Part shown: positions 21,817-31,733 of the stretch, in pieces
How the letters are laid out: every line of letters starts with the position of its first letter
Numbering within the stretch: position 1 is the stretch's first letter
Translations under genes and position numbers: made by a program
From: Nitrospinaceae bacterium
GTDB taxonomy: Bacteria; Nitrospinota; Nitrospinia; Nitrospinales; Nitrospinaceae
Assembly (NCBI GenBank): GCA_965223665.1
Contig: OZ245011.1
Coordinates: 3,296,001 to 3,360,000, forward strand
Reading direction: 5' to 3'
DNA: 64,000 nucleotides
Notes under the pieces: model-generated
Seen by the model: only the letters and a program-made list of their open reading frames with translations
Database searches by the model: none
Told to the model about the DNA's origin: nothing

Positions 21817-22746
21817 TTATTTTGAATGATTGTAAGCATTTAATAAAATTCCTTCCCGTAGACTGTATTCGCTTACTGTCAATAAGGGACATTGGAAAGC
21901 CTGCATGGTTGCAAGGACTATAGCGGTCCCAGCTATGATTAAATCTTCTCGACCTCGTTCCAAGGCGTTTATTTTTAACCGCTCCTCCAGGGATTTACTT
22001 TTGAGATTTTCCATCAATTTTTGAATATTTTCTTCAGGGAGAAGCATTCCATGAACTTTATCCGGATCATAAGGAAAAATATTCTGATCCATAGCAGCTA
22101 AGGTGGTGACAGTGCCTGCAGTTCCTATAAGTACTTCTGGTTGGGGAAGATTCAGTTTTTCTTTTATTACTCGAAATTCATCGGTCAAAAAGTTTTCTAA
22201 TTGGTAATATTCTTCGTCCAAGATTGGATGTTGAGTAATAAACCGCTCAGTAAGACGAACAACGCCAAGAAAGGTCCCATAGGAAGAAACAATCTTTTTA
22301 CCCTTAGAATAAATAAATTCGGTGCTACCTCCACCTATATCAAAAATAATGGTAGGCTTTCCTTCATCAGGAAGTTTCCAGAAAACTCCTTGTAAAGTCA
22401 GCTGTGCTTCTTCTTCCCAAGAAATGACATTTACATTCAGTCCAGTTATTTCTTTAACCTTTTCAATAAACGAATTTTTATTAGATGCTTCACGAACTGC
22501 ACTGGTGGCAACTACCTGAATTGGAATGTTTCCATGAGTTTTGCATTTAGCTTTAAAGTCATTTAAAACGTCAATGACCATCTCCATTCGATGTGGAAGA
22601 AGTCGCTTATTTAAGTGAATACCTTCTCCTAATCTGCATATAACACGCTCAGAATCAATTTCCCTAAAGTTTTCATGGGAATCTACCTCCATGATTATTA
22701 AGCGGACCGTATTAGTACCAATGTCAATGGCGGCAAATTGCTTCAT
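21817..22746 (-). CDS. Ppx/GppA phosphatase
   Basis: AAIDIGTNTVR, ATSAVREA, DIGGGSTE, LREG motifs. Confidence 0.92.
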   Translation of the reverse strand: MKQFAAIDIGTNTVRLIIMEVDSHENFREIDSERVICRLGEGIHLNKRLLPHRMEMVIDVLNDFKAKCKTHGNIPIQVVATSAVREASNKNSFIEKVKEITGLNVNVISWEEEAQLTLQGVFWKLPDEGKPTIIFDIGGGSTEFIYSKGKKIVSSYGTFLGVVRLTERFITQHPILDEEYYQLENFLTDEFRVIKEKLNLPQPEVLIGTAGTVTTLAAMDQNIFPYDPDKVHGMLLPEENIQKLMENLKSKSLEERLKINALERGREDLIIAGTAIVLATMQAFQCPLLTVSEYSLREGILLNAYNHSK

Positions 22747-22749
22747 AAA

Positions 22750-23853
22750 TTAAATTGGCAAGATGGAGTCGCTGTCTACAGTTAAAAGAAGATATAAACC
22801 GATGCAAATAAATAAAAGGTTGGGACCCCAGGCAGCTAAAATTGGATGAAAAGTTCCCCCCTTGCCCAATGAGATTCCTAACCCATAAAATAAACTGAAC
22901 CCAAAACCCATAACCAGACTAGCTGCAATACAATACAGAAGACCGCCCCGCCGACTTGAAATAAGGGCGACAGGGATTCCCAAAAAAGCCATGACAACTC
23001 CAATGAAGGGGTAAGAAAGTTTTTTGTTCAAATCCACCCAATAGGGGGAAGTGTCTACTCCCTCGCTTTCATAACTCTGAATAGTATGGAACATTTCACG
23101 TGCAGACATTTCTTCGGGTCGTTTTTGAATTTTTTGAAAATCATGAGGTTGCTCAGAAACTCGAATAACTTTTCTCTCAAAAGGTTTTGTTATATTTGTC
23201 CCATCCGCAAGAAACGATCTTGTAAAACCATTAGAAAACTCCCATCGACCATCTTTCCATTGTGCTTCTTTTGCATCTACTCTTTTAAATAAATTAGAGT
23301 ATGTACTGTCATAAAAAAGAATACTGATTCCCTTCATTTTAATTTCGTTGGGATCAAAGTAATTAATGTTCCAAATCGCTCCATTTGGAGATCGGTACCA
23401 TAAGTTATCTCGAGCAAGCTTCGCTTGGTCTGGAATTCCTCTAACTTTTACATAAAGAATATAGTTCATTTTTTGGCTGGTTATAGGTGCAATAAATTCA
23501 TTGAGAATCACAATGCATAAAGAAATTATTAAAGACATGCTCAGGATTGGCATGGTGATTCCAGTAACACTAATGCCGCAGGCTTTCATGGCAATAAACT
23601 CGTTATTACGAGAAAGTGTGGCAAGCGTAATCACGGTAGTTAAAAGTACAGATTGCGGAGCCATGTAGAACAAGATAAATGGAATTTTGTAAATGTAATA
23701 AAATAAAAAGTCACTTAATGGAGCTTTTTTTATTAAGAAATCATCCATTCTTTCAAATGCATCAATGAAAACAAATATCCCCACTAACCCGCCGAGAATA
23801 AGAAAATAGTTTTGGAGGAATTGTTTTAGAACGTAGCGTTTGAGAAGTATCAT
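22750..23853 (-). CDS. lptG: LPS export ABC transporter permease (LptG/LptF family)
   Basis: LSRNNEFIAMKACGIS, AAWGPN, 3+3 TM layout with periplasmic beta-jellyroll region. Confidence 0.8.
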   Translation of the reverse strand: MILLKRYVLKQFLQNYFLILGGLVGIFVFIDAFERMDDFLIKKAPLSDFLFYYIYKIPFILFYMAPQSVLLTTVITLATLSRNNEFIAMKACGISVTGITMPILSMSLIISLCIVILNEFIAPITSQKMNYILYVKVRGIPDQAKLARDNLWYRSPNGAIWNINYFDPNEIKMKGISILFYDSTYSNLFKRVDAKEAQWKDGRWEFSNGFTRSFLADGTNITKPFERKVIRVSEQPHDFQKIQKRPEEMSAREMFHTIQSYESEGVDTSPYWVDLNKKLSYPFIGVVMAFLGIPVALISSRRGGLLYCIAASLVMGFGFSLFYGLGISLGKGGTFHPILAAWGPNLLFICIGLYLLLTVDSDSILPI

Positions 23854-23859
23854 AAAAAT

Positions 23860-24954
23860 TTAAATAGTTTTATTTGATGCAGTAAGATCAGGAATAATAT
23901 TTTCTAATGCCTTTTTTAAACTTGAAAGTTCTGGTTGTCGATTCAATGTCCGCTTCACATAACCCAGGGTGGGTTGAATATACTGAATATAACGATTATT
24001 TTGTTTGCACACACTCTGATAAGCAAATGTGCCAATCGCTTTAAGATTTCTTTGTATAGCCATATAGTCGAATATTTTTATAAATTCTTTTTTATCAATA
24101 TTATTTTTTTCTAATTTTTCTTTATTATGAATAAAACGATCAATTAAATTATCTACCCAGGGCTCAGGTAATTGAACATAAGAATCTCGCAAAAGCGATA
24201 CTAAATCATATTGGCAAGGACCCATTCGAGCGTCTTGAAAATCAATAACTACTAATTGATTATTTTGCACCATAAGATTTCGGCTGTGAAAATCCCGATG
24301 AGTAAACCAAAGTGGCTGGGATTCTAACTCCCTGCAAAGTTCAAGAAAATGACTCTGGATTTCATTTATTCGGGTATCAGACAATTTAGCTTGTAGAAGT
24401 CCTTTTACAAAGTGTTCAAGCATAAAATTTAATTCCCAAGTCAACTTTTCTGTATCGAACCGGCGATGATAAGCAGGGCAATGGCTATCGATTTTTTTTG
24501 TAGAATAAAATTGCAAATTTGAAAGCAGGTCAATTGCTTTCTCATACCAAACGAGTTTTTCATTAGAGTTTAAAGGTTTAACAAAATCCTCAAAAGTAGA
24601 ATTTCCACAATCTTCCAAAAATAACAATCCATTTTTTACATCGTAATGAAATAGCTTGGGAACTAGAATGTGATTATTTTTTAGGAATTTTAATAAAAGT
24701 GTGAAGTCAATTTCATTCTTGTCTGGTTCAGGTTTCTCTAATTGCATGAGAACCAGAGAGGTGGGTTCAGTGGAAATTTGTTCAGAGCTTGGTGTTAACC
24801 GGAAATATTGACGTGTCGAAGCATCTCCCTGAAGCAATTGAATCTCAAACTGGTCGACATCGTTTTTGAATATGTGTAACCATTTCTTTGAAAGGTAGGC
24901 GGTATCAAACCCATATTTTAATAATTCTGGGTCATTTAAAGGAGCATGTTTCAT
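23860..24954 (-). CDS. amgK: AmgK-like MurNAc/GlcNAc anomeric kinase (aminoglycoside phosphotransferase fold)
   Basis: GDASTRQYFR, HRDFHSRNLM, IDFQDA, YDLVSLLRD, QRNLKAIGTF. Confidence 0.8.
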   Translation of the reverse strand: MKHAPLNDPELLKYGFDTAYLSKKWLHIFKNDVDQFEIQLLQGDASTRQYFRLTPSSEQISTEPTSLVLMQLEKPEPDKNEIDFTLLLKFLKNNHILVPKLFHYDVKNGLLFLEDCGNSTFEDFVKPLNSNEKLVWYEKAIDLLSNLQFYSTKKIDSHCPAYHRRFDTEKLTWELNFMLEHFVKGLLQAKLSDTRINEIQSHFLELCRELESQPLWFTHRDFHSRNLMVQNNQLVVIDFQDARMGPCQYDLVSLLRDSYVQLPEPWVDNLIDRFIHNKEKLEKNNIDKKEFIKIFDYMAIQRNLKAIGTFAYQSVCKQNNRYIQYIQPTLGYVKRTLNRQPELSSLKKALENIIPDLTASNKTI

Positions 24955-25160
24955 TTATATTTATCTTTTGGGTGCAGACTTCTATTTGTTTGCTTCAGGA
25001 TAGAAACACAGAGTCAAAAAAATATAGTATACTACCCACCCCCTAAAGGGATCAACTAAGTGTCTTAGAAACTAAAGACCTTTGGGGGTAACATTAATTA
25101 ATCCAAAGCAAGTAGACTTTTAGCTTTGTATAGAATTTTACGAAATTTTTGGAGGAAAAA

Positions 25161-25487
25161 ATGCCGCAACCGTCTAAACATGTTTTTGTTTGTGTTAATC
25201 AACGTCCACCGGGACATCCACGCGGTTCTTGTGGGGAAAATAAGGCTATGGAGGTTTATGAGAAATTTTCCATGGGAATTGAACAAAAAATGTTGTTCGG
25301 AAAAGTATTATTAACTAACGCCGGTTGTATGGGACCATGCTCCATGGGGCCCGTAGTGGTGGTGTATCCTGATGGAATTTGGTATCGACAAGTAAAACCT
25401 GAAGATGTGGAAGAAATAATAGACTCGCACATTGTGAATGGAAATAAAGTAGATCGTTTGGAAATTCCTCAGGATCTTTGGGGTTAA
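25161..25487 (+). CDS. Thioredoxin-like [2Fe-2S] ferredoxin
   Basis: HVFVC..R....GSC, GCMGPC, VVYPDGIWY; GGAGG RBS before ATG 25161. Confidence 0.9.
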   Translation: MPQPSKHVFVCVNQRPPGHPRGSCGENKAMEVYEKFSMGIEQKMLFGKVLLTNAGCMGPCSMGPVVVVYPDGIWYRQVKPEDVEEIIDSHIVNGNKVDRLEIPQDLWG

Positions 25488-25525
25488 TTTTCCTTATTAT
25501 TAGAAAAGCCTTTCTTGATAAAAAA

Positions 25526-26122
25526 TCAAGAAAGGCTTTCTTTTATGAGTTTCCCTAAATGTCCCCATAACTCTTTCCGGCCCAAATTTTCCTTACTGGA
25601 ATAAGAAATCATTTCAAGAGCTTTCTGGTTTAAAAAGACCTTCTTAATAATTTTTATTTGTTTGGACCGTTCCGCCTGGTTTAATTTGTCTGCCTTAGTG
25701 ATTACCAACGAGTAAGGGATTTCGTGATTTTCCAACCATTCTTGCATTTGCAAATCTAATTCGGTTGGTTTTCTCCGGTAATCTAAGATTAAGATGACTA
25801 GTATTAAATTTTTGCGTTTTAGCAAATATTGTTCAACCATATTTTGCCATTTTGCCTGAGTTTGTTTTGCTACCTTTGCGTAGCCGTAACCGGGAAGGTC
25901 CGTGAAAATAAACTGATCATTGATATTAAAAAAGTTAATTAATTGAGTTTTCCCTGGAGTGGCGCTGGTTTTAACTAGTTTTTTTCGATTGAGTAGAGAA
26001 TTGATTAGAGAAGATTTGCCGACATTGGACCTTCCCACAAACGCCAGTTCTGGATAATCCAGATGAGGATATTGTTTAGGAGTGACCGCACTAGTGATAA
26101 ATTCAGCGCTAATTATTTTCAT
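25526..26122 (-). CDS. engB: Ribosome biogenesis GTPase YihA/EngB
   Basis: GRSNVGKSS, TPGKTQ, DLPGYGYA, TKADK. Confidence 0.95.
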   Translation of the reverse strand: MKIISAEFITSAVTPKQYPHLDYPELAFVGRSNVGKSSLINSLLNRKKLVKTSATPGKTQLINFFNINDQFIFTDLPGYGYAKVAKQTQAKWQNMVEQYLLKRKNLILVILILDYRRKPTELDLQMQEWLENHEIPYSLVITKADKLNQAERSKQIKIIKKVFLNQKALEMISYSSKENLGRKELWGHLGKLIKESLS

Positions 26123-27414
26123 GACCGAAAGGGATTAATCACCAAACCGGAAAGTAGCTTTGGATAAAAATAGGTCGCTTTTTGCGGAAGTCGAATTCCC
26201 TTCTCCGCTAAGCTGCGCACCTGATCAATTTGAGTCGCATTCATAAAAAACGCCAAATCAAATTTTCCAGCGTCCAAATTGTCCATAGTTTCTTCAGTAC
26301 GAACATTATATGAAATATATTTTTGGTGGTCAGGATTTTTGGTATCTATTTCTAATAAATGTTTAAGCACTAGGGAATGTAATTGGCAAACGTCTAATAC
26401 TTGAAGTTCATCAGGATCATCCTTACCTAAAAAGGGAATAATGTTTTTTGTATCTTTTAACCTTATGAATACACCTTCTCCCTTACCAAAGTAGATTCCA
26501 AAACTTATTTGTTGTTGTCCATATTTTTCTAAGATTTCAATCCATTGATCTGCAGATTGATTGGGCTTAGAAGGCTCTATTTCAAAAAAAGGCTCCAGTT
26601 GTTTGAGGAAATTTTTCCGATCAAAGGGTTTGGGACATTTCACTTGCCGATGAATGGGATAAATAGTGAGTGATTGCGCATCTAAATTTGTAAGAAACAT
26701 CATTACATGAGCCGCATCAGGAACTTCATGGCCATGTTCTTTAAAGTAACCAAGAGAGGTTTCGTAGCGGTGGTGGCCATCGGCTATATACACTTTTTTA
26801 TCACCAAATTGTTTGGAAATAAAAGTAACAAGCTCCTTATCTTCGATGCGCCAGACCCGATTGGTGATTGTGTCGTCCTGAATGGTGGCTAATGGGGGAT
26901 TTTTTATAACTTCATTTAATTTTTTATCGATAATTCCTTCCGGATCAGAGTACAGGCCAAATACAGGACTAAAGTTTGCCCGACATGCACGAATTAGTTG
27001 AGCACGATCTTTTTTGGCCTTAGATAGAGTGAATTCATGAGGACAAATGTTACCTTGGCTGAAATCTTCTAATTTGACTCGACCAAAAAAACCAATTCGA
27101 TGATTAGTTTTTTCATTAAAGGTGAACTCTTGACTATAAACGTAAAAGCATTGAGAAGAATCTTCCTTTAAAATTTCTTGATCCATCCATTCGCGAAAAT
27201 ATTTTGCAGACCGCGAATACCGGTTATTACCTTCTTTGTCATCAGTGAATTCCTTGCCCAAAATTAGACGGACCACGTTGTAAGGATTTTTAGAATATAA
27301 TTCTTCCTGCATATCCGGGCGAATGACGTCATAAGGTGGCGCTATCAACTCAGTCAATGAACCAGCTTTGGACTCATTATATAAGAGCCCCTTAAATGGA
27401 ACGACTTCAACCAT
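26119..27414 (-). CDS. DUF1015 family protein
   Basis: APPYDVI, PHEFT, YIADGHHRYE, PQKATYFYPK motifs. Confidence 0.88.
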   Translation of the reverse strand: MVEVVPFKGLLYNESKAGSLTELIAPPYDVIRPDMQEELYSKNPYNVVRLILGKEFTDDKEGNNRYSRSAKYFREWMDQEILKEDSSQCFYVYSQEFTFNEKTNHRIGFFGRVKLEDFSQGNICPHEFTLSKAKKDRAQLIRACRANFSPVFGLYSDPEGIIDKKLNEVIKNPPLATIQDDTITNRVWRIEDKELVTFISKQFGDKKVYIADGHHRYETSLGYFKEHGHEVPDAAHVMMFLTNLDAQSLTIYPIHRQVKCPKPFDRKNFLKQLEPFFEIEPSKPNQSADQWIEILEKYGQQQISFGIYFGKGEGVFIRLKDTKNIIPFLGKDDPDELQVLDVCQLHSLVLKHLLEIDTKNPDHQKYISYNVRTEETMDNLDAGKFDLAFFMNATQIDQVRSLAEKGIRLPQKATYFYPKLLSGLVINPFRS

Positions 27415-27523
27415 GGTCGGTTTCCTACATTTAAAGTTTATGAATAGTTTTACGAATTTTATGTTGGGCTAAATATACCTTCTTTGGAAGTATATGACAA
27501 TATTCGACATTTAATTAAAAATA

Positions 27524-28057
27524 TTATAATGCTTCACATTTGCAGAGTTCCCGAATATAACGGACGAGAGATTGTATTACCGTATCATCTAGTGTATTCC
27601 CCCAACTAGGCATGCAAGGTGCTCGTCCCACTGAAAGTCCCCCATGTTTTATAGCTGTAAATAATTGTTCATCGGTTCGTGTTTCCAAATAAGAGGCTTT
27701 AGTATGATCGCGTGGGGGTACGGTCAAAAAAGGTGCATTAATGCCATTTCCTTTTCCTTTAACCCCATGGCATTGGGCACAATAGAATTGATAAGTATTA
27801 CGAGTTTTTTGAGATACAGGTAGGGTCTCTTTATTCGAGGGAGATTGGGGTTTAGGGATTTCGGTATTTAAGGGAGGAGTTGATTCTTTATTCTCTTGTT
27901 TATCCTGGCCACAGGAAACTAAAAATAATACTATAAAAAATAGAATTACAGTAAGAGGCCGATATGAATTTAAAAATGAAGAGATTTTTTTTAAAGACCC
28001 TTCAAAAAAATTCAACTTCATGGAATTAGATTTGCTCCCTTTATTATTTTCATCCAA
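27524..28057 (-). CDS. Monoheme c-type cytochrome, probable lipoprotein
   Basis: CAQCH, MPSWG distal Met, lipobox-like FLVSC; true start may lie downstream. Confidence 0.85.
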   Translation of the reverse strand: MDENNKGSKSNSMKLNFFEGSLKKISSFLNSYRPLTVILFFIVLFLVSCGQDKQENKESTPPLNTEIPKPQSPSNKETLPVSQKTRNTYQFYCAQCHGVKGKGNGINAPFLTVPPRDHTKASYLETRTDEQLFTAIKHGGLSVGRAPCMPSWGNTLDDTVIQSLVRYIRELCKCEAL

Positions 28058-28097
28058 ATTTTTAAAAAACTAAATATAGAGAAACGGACTGAATAGT

Positions 28098-28808
28098 CTA
28101 ATCATCCTCTGATTTTTTATGAGAAATAATGTATTTTGTTAACTGCATTAAAGTGTCTTCATCCAATTTGAAAATGGGCATCCTGCCTTTATTGAGGAAT
28201 TTTTTAGGATTCTTCAACCAATGATACACCCAGGAAGCTTGTAATCGATTCCCTGCATTTAATAATGATGGTCCAGACACTCCCCCACGCGGTAATCCTG
28301 CTAAATTAACGCTTTCATGACAAGCAATACAACTATGATCACGTTCAAACTTCATTTTTGCTTTTACTTTTCCAACTTTTGAGAGAGGAGCGGGATCAAT
28401 TTCAATGGAAGGTAAATCTTTTAATTTTAGGGTCATTAAATAATTAGTCATTAATTTGGCATTTTGAGAATTCATGGTCGGATGAGGTTCTTTAAATTGT
28501 GGCGATCCTTTTAGAAATCCTGGATCTTCAGTATGTCCTGCTTTCCGAATAATGTGGGGTTTTTGAAGAAATTTTTTTACCCATGTGGGTTGTAACTTGT
28601 CACCCGAATAAAATAAATCCGGTCCAATAAATTTTTTTTCTGATGGGGTGATCGTTAATTGATGACACTCCCCACAGCTATATTTTTCGATTATTTGAGA
28701 AGGATTTGCATTTATCTGAATAGGGCTAAAAATAAAAAATATAAATAAAGCCGACCCGTAGAAACTTTGAGAAACAAATTTTAATTTCCATTTAATCCTA
28801 TTTTTCAT
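28098..28808 (-). CDS. Diheme c-type cytochrome
   Basis: Signal peptide; CGECH and CIACH in two similar domains (GPDL/GPSL..G..LQ..WV). Confidence 0.85.
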   Translation of the reverse strand: MKNRIKWKLKFVSQSFYGSALFIFFIFSPIQINANPSQIIEKYSCGECHQLTITPSEKKFIGPDLFYSGDKLQPTWVKKFLQKPHIIRKAGHTEDPGFLKGSPQFKEPHPTMNSQNAKLMTNYLMTLKLKDLPSIEIDPAPLSKVGKVKAKMKFERDHSCIACHESVNLAGLPRGGVSGPSLLNAGNRLQASWVYHWLKNPKKFLNKGRMPIFKLDEDTLMQLTKYIISHKKSEDD

Positions 28809-28814
28809 AATTCA

Positions 28815-31730
28815 TTATTCGCCATGTTGGTAATAGTTGGAATTGGGTAAATTAGGGTCATTCCCGTAAAATGGGACTTGTTTGTTGTCGAATGGAATAG
28901 AAGGATTGGCGCTAGAGTTGCTTTCTGGTTCAAATAATTTTTTGGTATCTTCTCGATTGAAGACATCTGTCGAAGGTTTGGGTTTATAGGAAAAGATTTG
29001 GTTTTGGTTTAGGTCATAATAAAAAAGTTTTTCTTTTCTGGAAGGATCTCCAAATTTCTTTTCGTTTTTCTTATGAAGATCATCAAATGGAAAAGTATTT
29101 CTATTTAATAGTCTTGGAAATCGTTGGTGTCTCAAGTCTAAAAAGCGATACGCTTTATATTTGTCTTTTTGGGTGGTTAATCTTTTTATTTCATTTAATG
29201 TTAAAAATCTGGATTTTCCCTCTGGTAAAATGGTTTGTATGGGAATTCCATCAGAGGCGATCATTTGTTTAATTTGAAACTTGGGGAGGACTCTATTTTT
29301 GGTTTTTAGCTCTTCGAGAAAATGGTTTCCTTCTTCTACCATGAGTAAATTTGAATCGCCCTGGCCTGTCGCAGTTGTGTTTTCATGACAACCTTCGCAG
29401 GTGCGTCCCTTTGAGCGAATCGTATGTGGTGAGTGAGGGGTCATGATCAATCCTGGAGTACCCTTTTGGGTAATGGGAACACCTGCTCTTAATCGGGGGT
29501 TGGATGATTCCGGTTGAGTAATAAAAAATTGATACCGGGGTTTTAATATAGAATAATTATTCCTTTGGTTTTTCCCCAAAATTATTTTATCCCAAGTGGA
29601 CTCGGTAATTAAATTCCACCAAATTCCAGGTTTCCATTCTCCTGATATTCCGTTTAAATTAGATTTTGCGGTTCGCCAATTGATCATTCCAGGGGGATCT
29701 TGTTTTCCAGTAGAAATCCCTCCCTTTTGAATAAATTGTAAGGTTGGGTCTGCAAAACTCCAATCCTTCCATTTTTTCAAATTTACATCATTTTCTCGAA
29801 TTGAATGTAATCCCCATTCGCTGGCAGACCAACGGGCATGGCAGGCCGAGCATTCAACTTGGATCATATGTTTCGGAACCTGATGGCTTAAAGGCATAGA
29901 TTTGAGTTCCTTTAGTACAGGAATTTTATGTTCATTTCCTGTGACTTTTGAATATAAGATCCATTCTCCCTTCTTGTATAGGATATGAGGTAAAGGACTT
30001 CCATTGGGACCCGCCATGACGGTATCACCCATTTTAATTTTTTTCTTTAAGTTGGGATTGAGTTGATTTTTTTTAACTAGCTCTTCAGATTCCAAATCTG
30101 TTTCAATTAATTTATATCCCTCTGGGGGTTTGGAGTTGGTCCCATGGCATGTTTGACATCGAATTCCAATTGCGTCATGTTGTGTAGGGTAGGCGTTGGC
30201 ATTGGCTTTTATTTCATCCGAACTATGGCAATCAATGCAATGTAAACCCTTTTCTCGATGAATATCAGGAGTTAAAAACTCATGCTCACTTCCATATAAT
30301 ACGGGGTTATTTTTATCAGTAATTTGTCGAACAGGTTTATGTTCAGGTGGAAGTGCAAATAGTCCTTCATATTCATTGCCGACCCCGTTATGATTGTGGC
30401 AATGTTCACATTGAATACTGGGAATGGCCACTGTAAATTGATGAACTACCGGATAACCACGTGGATTTTTTAAGTTATTCATCGAGAAATTTTTTGAAAA
30501 TCGATTGCGATTTTTTTTTAATGAATCTTTTTGTGTTTTCTGAATAGCTCGATCACGGCTTAATGTAATTCCATCATTCGAATAAATCATATGACAACCC
30601 GCACATCCGGTTGCACGATAATCACCCGGTCGGTGCGGGGAAGGGCCCTGAAGATGGCACCGTAAGCATTTTTTTTCTAAAAAGTCATCAACAGGGTGTT
30701 TTTGACTTTGGTAAACCCAAGGAAAAGACAATAAATCATCTTCTCCATTTTCTTCTTCCTCAGAGGTTTTTTCCTTTGTTTTTTTGGCCTTCTTTTTAAC
30801 AGGAGTTTTGCTAATCTGGGTTTGAGGTTGTTCTAACGGAGGTGCTCCCCAGGCATTCCGGGTAGTTTCAATGAGGCCTCTATTGGTGGTCATTAAAGAA
30901 TTGGCCATTTTTTCAATTTGCTCTTCATGACATTTACCACAATATTTTGGAGCATTTTCTAAGTCTGAAGGGTTGGAAATCATTCCCTTATGAGCCTTTT
31001 TCATAGTCGAGGCTCTAGGGTTTCCTCCATGACATTTTTTACATTGAAAGGGGTGATTGGTGCTGATTTGCTCAATCCCTCTGTGGCAAATCAAACAACC
31101 TCCTTCATTATTGTCTAATAGGATTCTTCCAAACACATCTTCCAATTTGAAATTGGAATCCCTGTAGTAGTTTTCAATGAACCCCTTGGAGTCTATATAG
31201 GAATTAAAGCGCAGGCCGTCAATTGTTGTTCCTGGTCTTAAAGAATTTTCGCTATTTATTGCATTACCCCGAATATAAAAAAATGGATCGCGAAAATCCC
31301 CCGCATCAATTCTATCTTTTACCGGGGCGGGAGGGGTTTCTACCATTTTCTTTTCGAAGGTATCTTGCGATTGAGAACCAGGACTCGGTTCGGAAAAATT
31401 TTCAGATTCCGGTTGGGGAGAGGGAATGGGGGGAGTGTGGGTTTCGTCAAATGGACTTAAAGGATCAGGGTTAGTGTATTGCGAAATATCTGGAATATCA
31501 CCTTCGGTGGATTTTTCTTCTTCAAATACTTCTAAGGGTTCTTCTAAAGAATTTTCTTCTGGGTTTACTATGGGCTCGTCGGATGTTTTCTCTGATTTTT
31601 CTGGGACTTTAGGAAGAGAAAAAAAGTCGAATATACTTTCAGCATTAGGTTGAGAAACTAAAAGAACACAAAAGCAGAAAGAAAATAGAAATGATAAAGA
31701 AATTTTAGGTATCAAAGGTTTAATTTCCAA
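28815..31730 (-). CDS. Multiheme c-type cytochrome (10 CxxCH)
   Basis: Ten CxxCH motifs counted; signal peptide; acidic Pro-rich N-terminal region. Confidence 0.9.
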   Translation of the reverse strand: MEIKPLIPKISLSFLFSFCFCVLLVSQPNAESIFDFFSLPKVPEKSEKTSDEPIVNPEENSLEEPLEVFEEEKSTEGDIPDISQYTNPDPLSPFDETHTPPIPSPQPESENFSEPSPGSQSQDTFEKKMVETPPAPVKDRIDAGDFRDPFFYIRGNAINSENSLRPGTTIDGLRFNSYIDSKGFIENYYRDSNFKLEDVFGRILLDNNEGGCLICHRGIEQISTNHPFQCKKCHGGNPRASTMKKAHKGMISNPSDLENAPKYCGKCHEEQIEKMANSLMTTNRGLIETTRNAWGAPPLEQPQTQISKTPVKKKAKKTKEKTSEEEENGEDDLLSFPWVYQSQKHPVDDFLEKKCLRCHLQGPSPHRPGDYRATGCAGCHMIYSNDGITLSRDRAIQKTQKDSLKKNRNRFSKNFSMNNLKNPRGYPVVHQFTVAIPSIQCEHCHNHNGVGNEYEGLFALPPEHKPVRQITDKNNPVLYGSEHEFLTPDIHREKGLHCIDCHSSDEIKANANAYPTQHDAIGIRCQTCHGTNSKPPEGYKLIETDLESEELVKKNQLNPNLKKKIKMGDTVMAGPNGSPLPHILYKKGEWILYSKVTGNEHKIPVLKELKSMPLSHQVPKHMIQVECSACHARWSASEWGLHSIRENDVNLKKWKDWSFADPTLQFIQKGGISTGKQDPPGMINWRTAKSNLNGISGEWKPGIWWNLITESTWDKIILGKNQRNNYSILKPRYQFFITQPESSNPRLRAGVPITQKGTPGLIMTPHSPHTIRSKGRTCEGCHENTTATGQGDSNLLMVEEGNHFLEELKTKNRVLPKFQIKQMIASDGIPIQTILPEGKSRFLTLNEIKRLTTQKDKYKAYRFLDLRHQRFPRLLNRNTFPFDDLHKKNEKKFGDPSRKEKLFYYDLNQNQIFSYKPKPSTDVFNREDTKKLFEPESNSSANPSIPFDNKQVPFYGNDPNLPNSNYYQHGE

Positions 31731-31733
31731 AGA

